Below, one piece after another: positions 7,722 to 17,087 of a DNA stretch of 41,705 nucleotides (position 1 is its first letter; every line of letters starts with the position of its first letter). Made by a program: the position numbers and the translations under genes. Origin of the DNA: a virus. Its lineage: Duplodnaviria > Caudoviricetes. The notes under the pieces were generated by a model. That model was given only the letters and a program-made list of their open reading frames with translations, was not told where the DNA came from and did not search any database. Where the stretch lies: IMG/VR virus record IMGVR_UViG_3300026907_000032, positions 1-41,705 of that record. One strand, 5' to 3'.

Positions 7722-8042
7722 GTGCCCAAACCCTACGGCCGCTCAGCCGAAGCCGCGCTCTATCGTCGCTTCTACAAGACCGCGCGATGGCAACGGCTGA
7801 GAGAAGCACAGCTTGCTGCCGAGCCACTATGCCGGTTCTGCTTGGCCATTGAGGATGTCACCGAGGCTACGGTGTGTGACCACATCAAGCCACACAAGGG
7901 TGATGAAGCTTTGTTCTACGACCCAGGCAACCTGCAATCACTATGCGCTCCATGTCACGACACGTTGAAGGCTCGCATCGAGCGAGGCCAGCAGGCGGTC
8001 GTCATTGGCGTTGATGGATATCCGGTCGACGTGAGTCGATGA
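7722..8042 (+). CDS. Terminase-associated HNH endonuclease (HK97 gp74-like)
   Basis: PLCRFC...DHIKPH...NLQSLCAPCH; located upstream of terS. Confidence 0.9.
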   Translation: MPKPYGRSAEAALYRRFYKTARWQRLREAQLAAEPLCRFCLAIEDVTEATVCDHIKPHKGDEALFYDPGNLQSLCAPCHDTLKARIERGQQAVVIGVDGYPVDVSR

Positions 8043-8137
8043 GACACGAAACAGGCGTCTAGGTCGGTTTATTAAAGTCCAGTATCAAAAAATGTTCGAA
8101 AAACATTGATTTTATTGGGTTTATTTCGAAATATTGC

Positions 8138-8166
8138 TTGACAGTCGCCTAACATCATGATATGAT
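8138..8166 (+). promoter_or_regulatory. Near-consensus sigma70 promoter TTGACA-N17-TATGAT
   Basis: Perfect -35, 5/6 -10, 17-bp spacer, AT-rich upstream region. Confidence 0.65.
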
Positions 8167-8182
8167 AGAAGATTTGCCGATT

Positions 8183-8265
8183 GGCGGGGGTGGGTCGAAA
8201 GTCTAGGGCCGGTCGGCCAAGGACCGCCGGGGTAACACAACGCAAGTGCAAACACAGATTTTTGC
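8183..8265 (+). other. Probable cos packaging region
   Basis: GGGGGTGGGTCGAAAGT...GGACCGCCGGGG between HNH and terS, the usual cos position in HK97-like phages; exact nick site unknown. Confidence 0.5.
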
Positions 8266-8268
8266 CTA

Positions 8269-8308
8269 GCGCGTGCGCAAGCGCGCGTGCGCAAGCGCGC
8301 GTGCGCGA
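8269..8308. repeat. ~3x 14-bp tandem repeat GCGCGCGTGCGCAA
   Basis: Seen directly, immediately before the terS RBS. Confidence 0.85.
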
Positions 8309-8319
8309 GGGGATTTCGC

Positions 8320-8775
8320 ATGTCTGAGAAGAAGAGCCGCATCGACAGCGTTGCTGAGGCCGTGAGGATTGCCTCTTCGGCTGCCGAGGAGATTGAGTTT
8401 CCTGAAAACGTGCCGCTCGACGACGGCGACGTACCCTTTTTCAAGAACGTCATTGCTGAATATGCCCGCGCCGAATGGTCGGCGCATCAGCTTGAGATTG
8501 CCGCGATGCTGGCCCGCACGATGGCGGACCTTGTGAGGGAGCAAGACCTGCTCCGCACCGAAGGTTCTGTTGCCTTTACTGAAAAAGGCACGCCGGTCGC
8601 CAACCCGCGAAAATCCGTGGTCCAGATGCACGCTTCTTCCATCCTGTCGTTTCGTCGATCGCTGGCGCTGCATGCGCGCGCCGTTCAGGGAGAGGCGAGG
8701 GACGCTGCGAAACGCCGCGACCAGGCGAAAGAGATTGAGGCGGGTGTCAGATCAGACAGCGATTTGCTTGCGTAG
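8320..8775 (+). CDS. Terminase small subunit (P27-like)
   Basis: GTPVANP motif; position before terL. Confidence 0.85.
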   Translation: MSEKKSRIDSVAEAVRIASSAAEEIEFPENVPLDDGDVPFFKNVIAEYARAEWSAHQLEIAAMLARTMADLVREQDLLRTEGSVAFTEKGTPVANPRKSVVQMHASSILSFRRSLALHARAVQGEARDAAKRRDQAKEIEAGVRSDSDLLA

Positions 8776-8784
8776 GAGTTTCTT

Positions 8785-9408
8785 TTGCCGAAAGGTGTGG
8801 ATAGCAAAACTGGCAACGGAACTCGGTTCAAAGACCGATCCGGGACTAAAAACGGCCGCTTAACATTCACGCGATGCGTAGGCGAAACGGTTCACCGTCA
8901 CAAAATATGGGAAGCTGTTTGCGACTGTGGAAACACAACCACCACCTACTCTCCACACCTGACCAAGTCGTGCGGGTGCCTACAAAAAGAAGTTGCCGCT
9001 GAGATATTGCGTTCTCGATCTCTCCCAGAGGATGAGCGGTTCGCGAGGGTGCTGAAGAACAGAACGAGACAGCGACAGCGACGAAAATCAGACCCCAGGT
9101 CTGCTATGCAGGCCCGTTTGAGCAGATTGCACCGCCACGCCCTCTCTAGGGTTGGGGCGATCAAGACCTCCAAGACGTTCGAACAACTCGGATACACCGT
9201 CGATGACTTTGTTCGTCATGTCGAGCGCCAATTTCACTCGGGTATGGGCTGGCACAACATGAGTGAATGGCAGGTTGATCACATCATTCCTGCAAGCTCG
9301 GCCCGAAACTTAGAGGACGTCATCGCGCTAAACCAGCTTTCGAACCTGCGCCCAATGTGGGCCGAGGAAAACAACAAAAAGAAGAACAGCAGGACAAGCC
9401 TCCTTTGA
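8785..9408 (+). CDS. Free-standing HNH homing-endonuclease-like protein
   Basis: N-terminal WEAVCDCGN...KSCGCL; C-terminal WQVDHIIP...NLRPMWAEEN; inserted between terS and terL. Confidence 0.8.
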   Translation: MPKGVDSKTGNGTRFKDRSGTKNGRLTFTRCVGETVHRHKIWEAVCDCGNTTTTYSPHLTKSCGCLQKEVAAEILRSRSLPEDERFARVLKNRTRQRQRRKSDPRSAMQARLSRLHRHALSRVGAIKTSKTFEQLGYTVDDFVRHVERQFHSGMGWHNMSEWQVDHIIPASSARNLEDVIALNQLSNLRPMWAEENNKKKNSRTSLL

Positions 9409-9434
9409 ATGGCGCGCTTGCCCTTTGAGGGCGG

Positions 9435-11099
9435 ATGATGAACGGCCAAAATCTGAGTTGGCCGCCAAGTGTTTTGGAGGCGATTAAGAGCGGTCCCATC
9501 CCAGTAAGGCGGGACTGGCGCAGACTTCCGGTCAGCGAGCTTACGCGAGGCGAGAAGGTATGCCGATTTATCGAGGGCTTTTTGGTTGTCCCAGAGGGGG
9601 ATCTTGTCGGCCAACCCATCAGGCTTCTGGACTTTCAAGAGTGCTTCATCCTGGCGGTTTACGACAACAATCATGGAACGGGCAGGGCGTACCTGTCCAT
9701 TGCGCGGAAAAATTCGAAGACGGCAACAATAGCATGTCTTCTGTTGGCTCATATCGTGGGGCCTGAGGCGTTTCCAAACAGCCGCATGATGTCAGGTGCT
9801 CGGTCGCGAAAACAAGCGGCGGAGGTCTACAATTACGCCAGCAAGATGCTTCTGCTGTCTCCTGAGCTCAACAAAAAATACAGGCTTGTACCGTCCAGTA
9901 AAACCATCGTTGGCTTGAGCAAGGCGGTTGAATATCAAGCCAGTTCGGCGGAAGCAAAGAGCGCACACGGTGGTTCGCCACTGGTCGCCATCCTCGATGA
10001 GGTTGGACAGATCAAAGGCCCGCACGACGACTTCGTTGAAGCGATCGTGACGTCGCAAGGCGCCTACGGCGACAAGGCGATGATCTTCGCCATTTCGACG
10101 CAGGCGGCGACTGACGGTGACCTCTTCTCTCGATGGCTGGACGATGCCGAGACATCAAAAGCACCGCGAACGGTTTCGCACCTCTACACGGCTCCGTCTG
10201 ATTGCGACGTTCTCGACGAGGAAGCGTGGAAGGCCGCAAACCCTGCGCTCGGTAAGTTTAAGTCCGTTTCATCGGTTCGCGACGACGCGGAGCGCGCGGC
10301 ACGTATGCCGACCGAGGAGGCTAGCTTCCGCTGGCTCCATCTCAACCAAAGGATCGATGCCAATGCTCCGTTTGTGTCGCCGGCTATTTGGCGAGCGTGC
10401 AACGCTCGAGTTGTGGACTTTGATGGTCTCCCTGTCTTTGGTGGGCTCGACCTTTCTGAGGTGAGCGACTTGACCGCTTTGGTGCTCATGGCGCCGAAAG
10501 AACATGACGGTAAGACCACATGGCATGTGAAGCCGACATTCTGGCTTCCTCATGAGGGGTTGAGAGCGAAAGCCAAGGCCGATCGAGTGCCTTACGATAC
10601 ATGGCATGACGCTGGCCATCTTGAGGCTGCGCCTGGCAGAACCGTCGACTATGAGTTCGTTGCGCACTACCTGCGCGACCGGTTCGAGGAGATGGATATC
10701 CGCAAGATTGCGTTCGACCGATGGAATTTCAGGCACCTGAAGCCATGGCTTCAGAAGGCAGGCTTTACTGACGATCAGCTTGATGGCGATGACGCTGTTT
10801 TCCAGCCGTTTGGGCAGGGCTTCCAGTCGATGTCGCCGGCTCTCCGCGAGCTCGAAAGCATCATCCTAAACGGCAACCTTGCCCACGGCGACCATCCAGT
10901 GCTGACGATGTGCATGATGAATGCCACCATCAAAGCGGATCCTGCCGGCAATCGAAAGCTCGTCAAACATAACCGCGAACGCCGCATCGACGGCGCAGTC
11001 GCCTTAGCAATGGCAACGGCGATGGCCGGAACCTACGAGGTCGGCGATAGCGGCGACTTGGACGACTTCGTCAACAATATCATCTCTGTCACCTGGTGA
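9435..11099 (+). CDS. Terminase large subunit
   Basis: ARKNSKT Walker A; ILDE Walker B; GGLDLS and RIDGAVA nuclease motifs. Confidence 0.95.
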   Translation: MMNGQNLSWPPSVLEAIKSGPIPVRRDWRRLPVSELTRGEKVCRFIEGFLVVPEGDLVGQPIRLLDFQECFILAVYDNNHGTGRAYLSIARKNSKTATIACLLLAHIVGPEAFPNSRMMSGARSRKQAAEVYNYASKMLLLSPELNKKYRLVPSSKTIVGLSKAVEYQASSAEAKSAHGGSPLVAILDEVGQIKGPHDDFVEAIVTSQGAYGDKAMIFAISTQAATDGDLFSRWLDDAETSKAPRTVSHLYTAPSDCDVLDEEAWKAANPALGKFKSVSSVRDDAERAARMPTEEASFRWLHLNQRIDANAPFVSPAIWRACNARVVDFDGLPVFGGLDLSEVSDLTALVLMAPKEHDGKTTWHVKPTFWLPHEGLRAKAKADRVPYDTWHDAGHLEAAPGRTVDYEFVAHYLRDRFEEMDIRKIAFDRWNFRHLKPWLQKAGFTDDQLDGDDAVFQPFGQGFQSMSPALRELESIILNGNLAHGDHPVLTMCMMNATIKADPAGNRKLVKHNRERRIDGAVALAMATAMAGTYEVGDSGDLDDFVNNIISVTW

Positions 11100-11123
11100 C
11101 GGGCAACCTAGTGGTGGGGCCTG

Positions 11124-12353
11124 ATGGGCTTTTTTGAGAGATGGGTCGGAAGGCCTATCAAGCTCACCGACGGCGAGTTCTGGAGAGGCTTCTTTGGCCT
11201 TGGCACTACGTCCGGGGAGACAGTCACGATTGAGAGTGCCCTTTCGCTTGATGCGGTTTGGGCGTGCGTCAACCTCGTGCAGAACGCGGCCGGCACCCTT
11301 CCTTGCATCGTCTATGGCGAGGACGGCGTCACGGTCGATAAGAACGCTCCGCTATACGAGCTTCTGCACGACATGCCGAACATGGACGACACTGCGCCAG
11401 AGTTCTGGTCGATGGCGGCGATGTGCCTGCTGCTCGACGGCAATTTCTTCGCCGAAAAGAAGATGAACGGCGAGCGCCTTGTTGCGCTCAATCCCCTTCA
11501 CCCTCTGAGCGTCGATGTGTGCCGATCGAAAGACGGCCGGAACACGCGCTACTACGAGGTGACGGAAGACGGCAAAAAGCGCCGAGTGCCCGAAGGCAAG
11601 ATGTTTCACGTCCGCGGCGTCCGGCTGCCGGGCTGTGATCGCGGCATGTCGCCTATCGCGGTTGTGCGCAATACGGTCGGGAATGCCTTGGCTGGCGAGA
11701 AAGTCGCTGGCAAGATGTTCAAGAACGGCCTGCTTTCGTCACTTCTAGTCAGTTCGGACCAGATACTTAAGGCCGATCAGCGCAAGCAGATTTCGGACAC
11801 GCTGACGCAATTCGCCGGTGCCGAGAAGGCTGGTGGGGTGACGGTATTGGAGGCCGGCTTCAAGCCGTATCCGATGTCGATCAATCCCAAGGATGCTCAG
11901 TTCCTTGAGGCGAGGCAATACAGCGTCGAGCAGATCTGCCGCATCTTCGGTGTTCCGCCCGTTATGATCGGGCACGCAGCCAACGGCACCACCACCTGGG
12001 GCAGCGGCATCGAGCAACTGATCCTCCAATTCACCAAGACCTGCATGCGGCCGATGCTCAAGCGCATCGAGGCGGCAATCTATCGTGACCTGCTGGACGC
12101 AAAGACCAGAAAGACCACGAAGGTGAAATTCAACATGGAAGAACTCTTGCGCGGCGACAGCACGGCGCGAGCAGAATTCCTGTCGAAGATGGTCACGAAC
12201 GGCATCTACCTCGTCGATGAGGCTCGATCTTACGAAGACAAGGCGCCAGTCGACGGCGGCAACAAAGCCATCGTGAATGGCACGATGACGCGCCTCGATA
12301 CGCTCGGCAAGACCGAAACTCCGGCACCAACGCCAGCAGCGCGCGCTGCATAA
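11124..12353 (+). CDS. HK97-family portal protein
   Basis: AVWACVN; DAQFLEARQYSVEQICRIFGVPP. Confidence 0.95.
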   Translation: MGFFERWVGRPIKLTDGEFWRGFFGLGTTSGETVTIESALSLDAVWACVNLVQNAAGTLPCIVYGEDGVTVDKNAPLYELLHDMPNMDDTAPEFWSMAAMCLLLDGNFFAEKKMNGERLVALNPLHPLSVDVCRSKDGRNTRYYEVTEDGKKRRVPEGKMFHVRGVRLPGCDRGMSPIAVVRNTVGNALAGEKVAGKMFKNGLLSSLLVSSDQILKADQRKQISDTLTQFAGAEKAGGVTVLEAGFKPYPMSINPKDAQFLEARQYSVEQICRIFGVPPVMIGHAANGTTTWGSGIEQLILQFTKTCMRPMLKRIEAAIYRDLLDAKTRKTTKVKFNMEELLRGDSTARAEFLSKMVTNGIYLVDEARSYEDKAPVDGGNKAIVNGTMTRLDTLGKTETPAPTPAARAA

Positions 12354-12362
12354 GGGAAAATC

Positions 12363-13481
12363 ATGAAGTTTGAACACCTGATTTCGGCCTTTCTGGCCGA
12401 ACCTTGGGCTATTCAGCGCGAAAAACTGGGCGTTTTGGCTGATGTTTTGGTGGCGCGGGCCGAAGGTGAGAAGCTGTTTTCATCCGAGTTCGCGGCATCG
12501 ATCGACGATGCGCGCGCCAAGGAAATTGCTGAAACCAGCGGCAACGTCGCCGTAATCCCGGTTTATGGGGTTCTGGCCGATAAAATGGACCTGTTTTCCG
12601 CTATGAGCGGCGGGACTTCCTATGCCGGCATCAAGAGAGCGCTGCACAAAGCGCTTTCGAACGAGGACATCAAGGCTGTCGTGCTAGACATCGACAGCCC
12701 AGGCGGCACGGTGCCGGGCACAGACGAGCTCGCAACCGAAATTCGCAAGCTACGTGGCGGCGAAAAACCGATCATTGCGCAGGTCAACAGCTTGGCGGCG
12801 AGCGCGGCCTATTGGATTGCGTCGTCTGCCGACGAAATCGTTGTGACGCCTTCCGGCCGCGCCGGTTCGATCGGCGTTTACACGGCTCACGATGATCTGT
12901 CGGCTGCCCTTGAGCAGCGAGGCATCAAACGCACCTACATTTCAGCCGGCAAGCACAAGGTCGAAGGCAACGAGACCGAACCGCTCGGCAAGGACACTCT
13001 GGCGCATGTGCAGGACGGCGTGAACCGCTCGTACAATCGCTTCGTCGCAGCGGTCGCCGAAGGGCGAGGCGTGACCGTCAGCAAAGTTGAAGACAATTAT
13101 GGCCAAGGTCGAGTTTTCTACGCCGAAGCACTGATGGATCGCGGCATGGTCGACCGAATCGCGACGCTTGACGAGACTTTGGCGCGCACCGGCGCCGACG
13201 TCGAGCCTGCTCCGGTGAGGCGCATTAAGGCCGCTAACGCTGCGAAGGCTGATGCAGCGCAGACGCTGGTCGAAAAGATGTCGGCCGGCGAGCAAATCAC
13301 AAAACGCGAGTTCGAAAACGGCATCAGGGGACTGATGGGTTTGTCGGGCTCTGAGGCAGAGCGGGCCGCTCGGCTCTACCTCAAGGATGGTCAGGGGGCT
13401 CCTGACGTCGATGCGGATGCTGCTGCTTTGGCAGCCATTGACCGGCTAATCGCCGAAGCAAAATCACCACTCATTCGATAA
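12363..13481 (+). CDS. S49-family prohead protease
   Basis: LDIDSPGG; AASAAYWIAS; GSIGV. Confidence 0.92.
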   Translation: MKFEHLISAFLAEPWAIQREKLGVLADVLVARAEGEKLFSSEFAASIDDARAKEIAETSGNVAVIPVYGVLADKMDLFSAMSGGTSYAGIKRALHKALSNEDIKAVVLDIDSPGGTVPGTDELATEIRKLRGGEKPIIAQVNSLAASAAYWIASSADEIVVTPSGRAGSIGVYTAHDDLSAALEQRGIKRTYISAGKHKVEGNETEPLGKDTLAHVQDGVNRSYNRFVAAVAEGRGVTVSKVEDNYGQGRVFYAEALMDRGMVDRIATLDETLARTGADVEPAPVRRIKAANAAKADAAQTLVEKMSAGEQITKREFENGIRGLMGLSGSEAERAARLYLKDGQGAPDVDADAAALAAIDRLIAEAKSPLIR

Positions 13482-13492
13482 AGGAGCCACTC

Positions 13493-14689
13493 ATGGCCGA
13501 ACTTGCAGAAAAAATTGGCGAACTTGGCGCCTCCCTTGCATCCATCAAGGAGCAGGTTGGCAATCTCGCCACCGACTTTACCTCGAAGCTTGCCGCAAAC
13601 GGCGAAGTCTCCGCAGAGCTCAAGGAAAAGACCGACAAGGCACTTTCCGAACTCGGCGACGTCACGACCCGCCTTTCCGATATGGAGAAGCGCGCCGCTC
13701 GTGAGCGGGTTGGAGGTGATCCTGACGAAAAATCGCTGGGCGATATCGTCGTCGAAGCCGCAGGCGCGCAGTCGTTCGATTCTTCCTACAGGGGAATGAT
13801 CAAGGTAAAGGCCGACCGCGCTGCCATCACCTCGGCCAATACCACTGTCGGCGCCGGTCGCTCTCAGGGTACCTCTCTGGTTCCCGGCGCGCGTGTTCCC
13901 GGCATCTTCGGTCTGCCTGAGCGCCAGCTGACGATCCGCGACCTGGTTTTGCCCGGCCAGACTGCTTCGAGCACGATCGAGTACGTCAAGGAAACCGGCT
14001 TCACTAACAACGCTGCTCCGGTCGCCGAAACGACCGCCAAGCCGTATTCGGATCTGACGTTTGACATGACGTCCTCGCCGGTCCGCGTGCTGGCCCATCT
14101 CTTCAAGGCCTCCCGCCAGATCCTGGACGACGTGCCAGCGCTTCGCTCCTACATCGACGGACGTGCTCGTTACGGTCTCCGTTTCGTCGAGGAAAACCAG
14201 CTGCTGAATGGCTCTGGCACCGGTCAGAACCTTCACGGTCTGGTTCCGCAGGCGACCGCGTTCAACCCGGCGTTCGCTGCCGAAGACGAAACGGCGATCG
14301 ACCGCCTTCGTCTGGCTGTTCTGCAGGTCGTTCTCGCTGAGTATCCGGCCACTGCGTTCGTTCTGAACCCGATCGACTGGGCAAAGATCGAGCTGACCAA
14401 GGACGCCGGCGGCAACTACATCATCGGCAACCCGCAGGGCTCGCTCACTCCGACGCTCTGGAACCTGCCGGTTGTTTCGACGCAGGCGATGGCCGCAGGC
14501 GAGTTCCTCACCGGCGCGTTCAGCTTCGCAGCCCAGATCTTCGACCGCATGGATATTGAAGTTCTGCTCTCGAGCGAAAACGTCGACGACTTTGAGAAGA
14601 ACCTTTTCACCATCCGCGCCGAAGAGCGTCTGGCGTTCGCAGTCTATCGCCCCGAGTCCTTCGTGACTGGCGATGTCGAGGGCGCCTGA
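13493..14689 (+). CDS. HK97-fold major capsid protein
   Basis: N-terminal coiled-coil delta domain; QLLNGSG; RAEERL. Confidence 0.95.
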   Translation: MAELAEKIGELGASLASIKEQVGNLATDFTSKLAANGEVSAELKEKTDKALSELGDVTTRLSDMEKRAARERVGGDPDEKSLGDIVVEAAGAQSFDSSYRGMIKVKADRAAITSANTTVGAGRSQGTSLVPGARVPGIFGLPERQLTIRDLVLPGQTASSTIEYVKETGFTNNAAPVAETTAKPYSDLTFDMTSSPVRVLAHLFKASRQILDDVPALRSYIDGRARYGLRFVEENQLLNGSGTGQNLHGLVPQATAFNPAFAAEDETAIDRLRLAVLQVVLAEYPATAFVLNPIDWAKIELTKDAGGNYIIGNPQGSLTPTLWNLPVVSTQAMAAGEFLTGAFSFAAQIFDRMDIEVLLSSENVDDFEKNLFTIRAEERLAFAVYRPESFVTGDVEGA

Positions 14690-14698
14690 TTGATCTGA

Positions 14699-14719
14699 GG
14701 GGAGCTTCGGCTCCCCTTC
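14699..14719 (+). terminator. Hairpin after the capsid gene
   Basis: GGGGAGC-ttcg-GCTCCCC. Confidence 0.6.
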
Positions 14720-14735
14720 CTTGAAAGGAGTGAAC

Positions 14736-15002
14736 ATGACCGATTTTCTAGAAGTGAAAGCCAAGCGCACGTTCGCCGTTGGCAAAGAGCTGAAGACCAA
14801 AAAGAGCGATCCATTCAAGGTCGAGGCAGGCGAGGCGAAGCAGCTCGATGAGCTGGGCCTGGTAGACATCATCGGCGAGGTTAAGGCTGACGCCTCTGTT
14901 GAAGACGACGCCGCGGATGAAGCCGCTGACAAGCCGGTGATTTCCTCTACTCGATCAACGAAGAAAAAGGAAAAACCCGATGCTGACAACGAAGGCTCGT
15001 AA
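14736..15002 (+). CDS. Small head-associated protein
   Basis: AGGAG RBS; position after capsid gene; acidic/basic tail. Confidence 0.7.
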   Translation: MTDFLEVKAKRTFAVGKELKTKKSDPFKVEAGEAKQLDELGLVDIIGEVKADASVEDDAADEAADKPVISSTRSTKKKEKPDADNEGS

Positions 15003-15321
15003 GCAAAGGGTCGCGTCCTATATCGGCGCCGGTATCGTCAACGGTATCGGCTCACCGGTGAATTCTGTTGCGCCCGCCATCACGGGCACCGCGCAGGTTG
15101 GCCAGACGCTTACGTCAACAACCGGCACATGGTCTGGTTCCCCAACTTATGCGCGGCAGTGGTTTGCTGCTGGCGTCGCGATTTCTGGCGCTACAGCTGC
15201 GACCTATGTTCCGGTCGCTGGCGATGTTGGTAAAGCCATCACCGTTCGCGTCACAGCCACCAATGACAAGGGCAGCGTGCCCGTCACAAGCGCGCCTACT
15301 GCAGCAGTAGTGGCGGCTTGA
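14980..15321 (+). CDS. Ig-like virion decoration protein
   Basis: PAITGTAQVGQTLT..GTW...YARQW...TYVPVAGDVGKAITVRVTATN Ig-like pattern. Confidence 0.75.
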   Translation: MLTTKARKQRVASYIGAGIVNGIGSPVNSVAPAITGTAQVGQTLTSTTGTWSGSPTYARQWFAAGVAISGATAATYVPVAGDVGKAITVRVTATNDKGSVPVTSAPTAAVVAA

Positions 15322-15322
15322 T

Positions 15323-15670
15323 ATGGTAATCGTCGATCTTGAAACCGTAAAAAAGCATCTCCGTGTCTTTCATGATGATGAAGATACGGAGATCGGCCTC
15401 TATCGCGACGCCGCTGAAAGCATCGTGACGCAGCATCTTGATCGCGAAGTCGTAGCTGCCGGCGAAACTCCCACGGTCACCGACGGCATCGCTGCAACGC
15501 CCGCAATCGTGTCGGCGATCCTTCTCGTGACCGGCGATCTCTACGAGGTGCGAGAGCCTGACCCGAAGGCAACGGGCGACGCAGTTCTTCCGCGAGCGGT
15601 ACGGATGCTTCTGGCTCCGTGGCGTGTCTGGCGAACAGTGGCGGACGACTATGTGGCTCCGATTCCATGA
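15323..15670 (+). CDS. Head-tail connector (gp6-like)
   Basis: LETVKKHLRV..DDED; AILLVTGDLYEVRE. Confidence 0.9.
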   Translation: MVIVDLETVKKHLRVFHDDEDTEIGLYRDAAESIVTQHLDREVVAAGETPTVTDGIAATPAIVSAILLVTGDLYEVREPDPKATGDAVLPRAVRMLLAPWRVWRTVADDYVAPIP

Positions 15671-15836
15671 ACCGTTCGACTGGCGCCAGCCAGGCTTCAC
15701 CATCGCCTATCCTGTCGGCCTCTACAACGTCACGCGCAAGTGCGCTGCGGCTGCAATAGCGGCCAAGGCTGCCGAACCCACCAAGGATCGACCGAATGCC
15801 AAAACGCAAGAGGGCGGGCGCAGGCTCGCTGAGTGA
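15651..15836 (+). CDS. Small hypothetical phage protein
   Basis: MWLRFHEPFDWRQ... ORF filling the gap between connector and head-closure genes. Confidence 0.55.
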   Translation: MWLRFHEPFDWRQPGFTIAYPVGLYNVTRKCAAAAIAAKAAEPTKDRPNAKTQEGGRRLAE

Positions 15837-16152
15837 GCGCATCGGCTTTGAGGCCGAGGTCGAGGGTGACGATGGGTATGGTGGTGTAGTGGTCGGCTTC
15901 GCGGAGCAATTCGTCGAGCCAGCCCGTCTCGAGCCGCGCGTCGGCAGCGAGCCTGTCATTGCAAGCCGCCTACAGGGTTTGCAACCCTACACCATGACTG
16001 TGCGCAGGAACGAACGCACGGGCGCCATCACGCCAGCTTGGCGGGCGCGGAATAAGCGGTCTGGCGTGGTCTACGCAATCAAGGCTGCGGTCAACATCGA
16101 CGAACGCAACCAGTGGATTGAGCTGCTTGTGGTGCAGGGGGAGGCGTCGTGA
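15796..16152 (+). CDS. Head closure/head-tail adaptor
   Basis: AGSLSERIGF...DDGYGG pattern; gene order. Confidence 0.85.
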   Translation: MPKRKRAGAGSLSERIGFEAEVEGDDGYGGVVVGFAEQFVEPARLEPRVGSEPVIASRLQGLQPYTMTVRRNERTGAITPAWRARNKRSGVVYAIKAAVNIDERNQWIELLVVQGEAS

Positions 16153-16643
16153 TCAAGGCAAAGGTTCTGGGCCGCGAAGCGCTGACGAAGAAGCTCAATC
16201 AGGTTGCTCCGCTCGCCAACAAGTACGCCGCCGAAGCGAAGCTACAGATCGCTACCGAAGCCGCCGATAAAATCTCCGACCGAGCACCGATAAGCAACAG
16301 CGCAACGGCTGGCGACTACGCTGCCTCTATACAGGGCGCCAAGATCTCTGACAGACCGACTGCGAAAGCGCTTGTCGGTGCATCGGCCAGCAAGGATCCG
16401 GATGCGACTGGCGTTTTCGCTGCGTGGATTTGGCATTTTTTGGAGTTCGGCACACGGCCGCATAACGTCGCGAAGGGTGGCGGCACTGTTCTCGGCAAGA
16501 AGCAGACGGACGGCGCAAAGCTACACCCAGGTACGCGGGCGCAGCCGCACGTTTTTCCGACATGGCGAGCATTTAGGGCAAAAGCGAAGAAGCGCATCAA
16601 CGACGCCGTATGGCGAGGCGTGAGGGAGGCCATGAAAAAGTAA
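16149..16643 (+). CDS. HK97 gp10-like tail component
   Basis: HFLEFGT; HPGTRAQPHVFP. Confidence 0.88.
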   Translation: MIKAKVLGREALTKKLNQVAPLANKYAAEAKLQIATEAADKISDRAPISNSATAGDYAASIQGAKISDRPTAKALVGASASKDPDATGVFAAWIWHFLEFGTRPHNVAKGGGTVLGKKQTDGAKLHPGTRAQPHVFPTWRAFRAKAKKRINDAVWRGVREAMKK

Positions 16644-17053
16644 TGGCTAACCCCGATCTAGAGCTCCAGGGCGCCATCGTTGCGAGACTGAAGGCGCGCG
16701 CCGCGCTGACGGCTATTGTCGCGCAGCGCATTTACGACCGCCCGCCGACCAGCGCACCGTTTCCGTACGTCGAATACGGCGAAAGCCAAGTCATAAGGGA
16801 TGATGTCGGCTGCTTAAAGTCGAACCTCATCTACGTGACGATTCACGCTTGGTCGCAATATTCCGGAGGCTTCAAGGAGCTGAAGGAAACCATTCACGAG
16901 GTCGTTGAGGCCCTGGATGAAGCGCCATTAGTGCTGCCCTCACATCGATTGATATCGATCACGCGGCAAGACACTCGTCATTTCAAAGACCCGGACGAAG
17001 TCACGACCCATGGTGTCGTCGAATTTGTCGCGCGCGTCGAGACACCGGCCTGA
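16643..17053 (+). CDS. Tail terminator (DUF3168)
   Basis: LQGAIVARL; RIYDRPP..APFPYV; TAATG coupling gives start 16643. Confidence 0.88.
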   Translation: MANPDLELQGAIVARLKARAALTAIVAQRIYDRPPTSAPFPYVEYGESQVIRDDVGCLKSNLIYVTIHAWSQYSGGFKELKETIHEVVEALDEAPLVLPSHRLISITRQDTRHFKDPDEVTTHGVVEFVARVETPA

Positions 17054-17087
17054 TTGGCCATCAATCCCTAATTTTTGAGGTTTACAA

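Noticed and set aside
8785..9434. Group I intron or intein in the terminase
   Set aside because: terS ends and terL starts cleanly on either side; terL has normal length and no intein motifs
13391..14989. 532-aa minus-strand ORF and similar long antisense ORFs across the structural genes and katE
   Set aside because: Shadow frames of GC-biased real genes; no RBS or recognisable motifs
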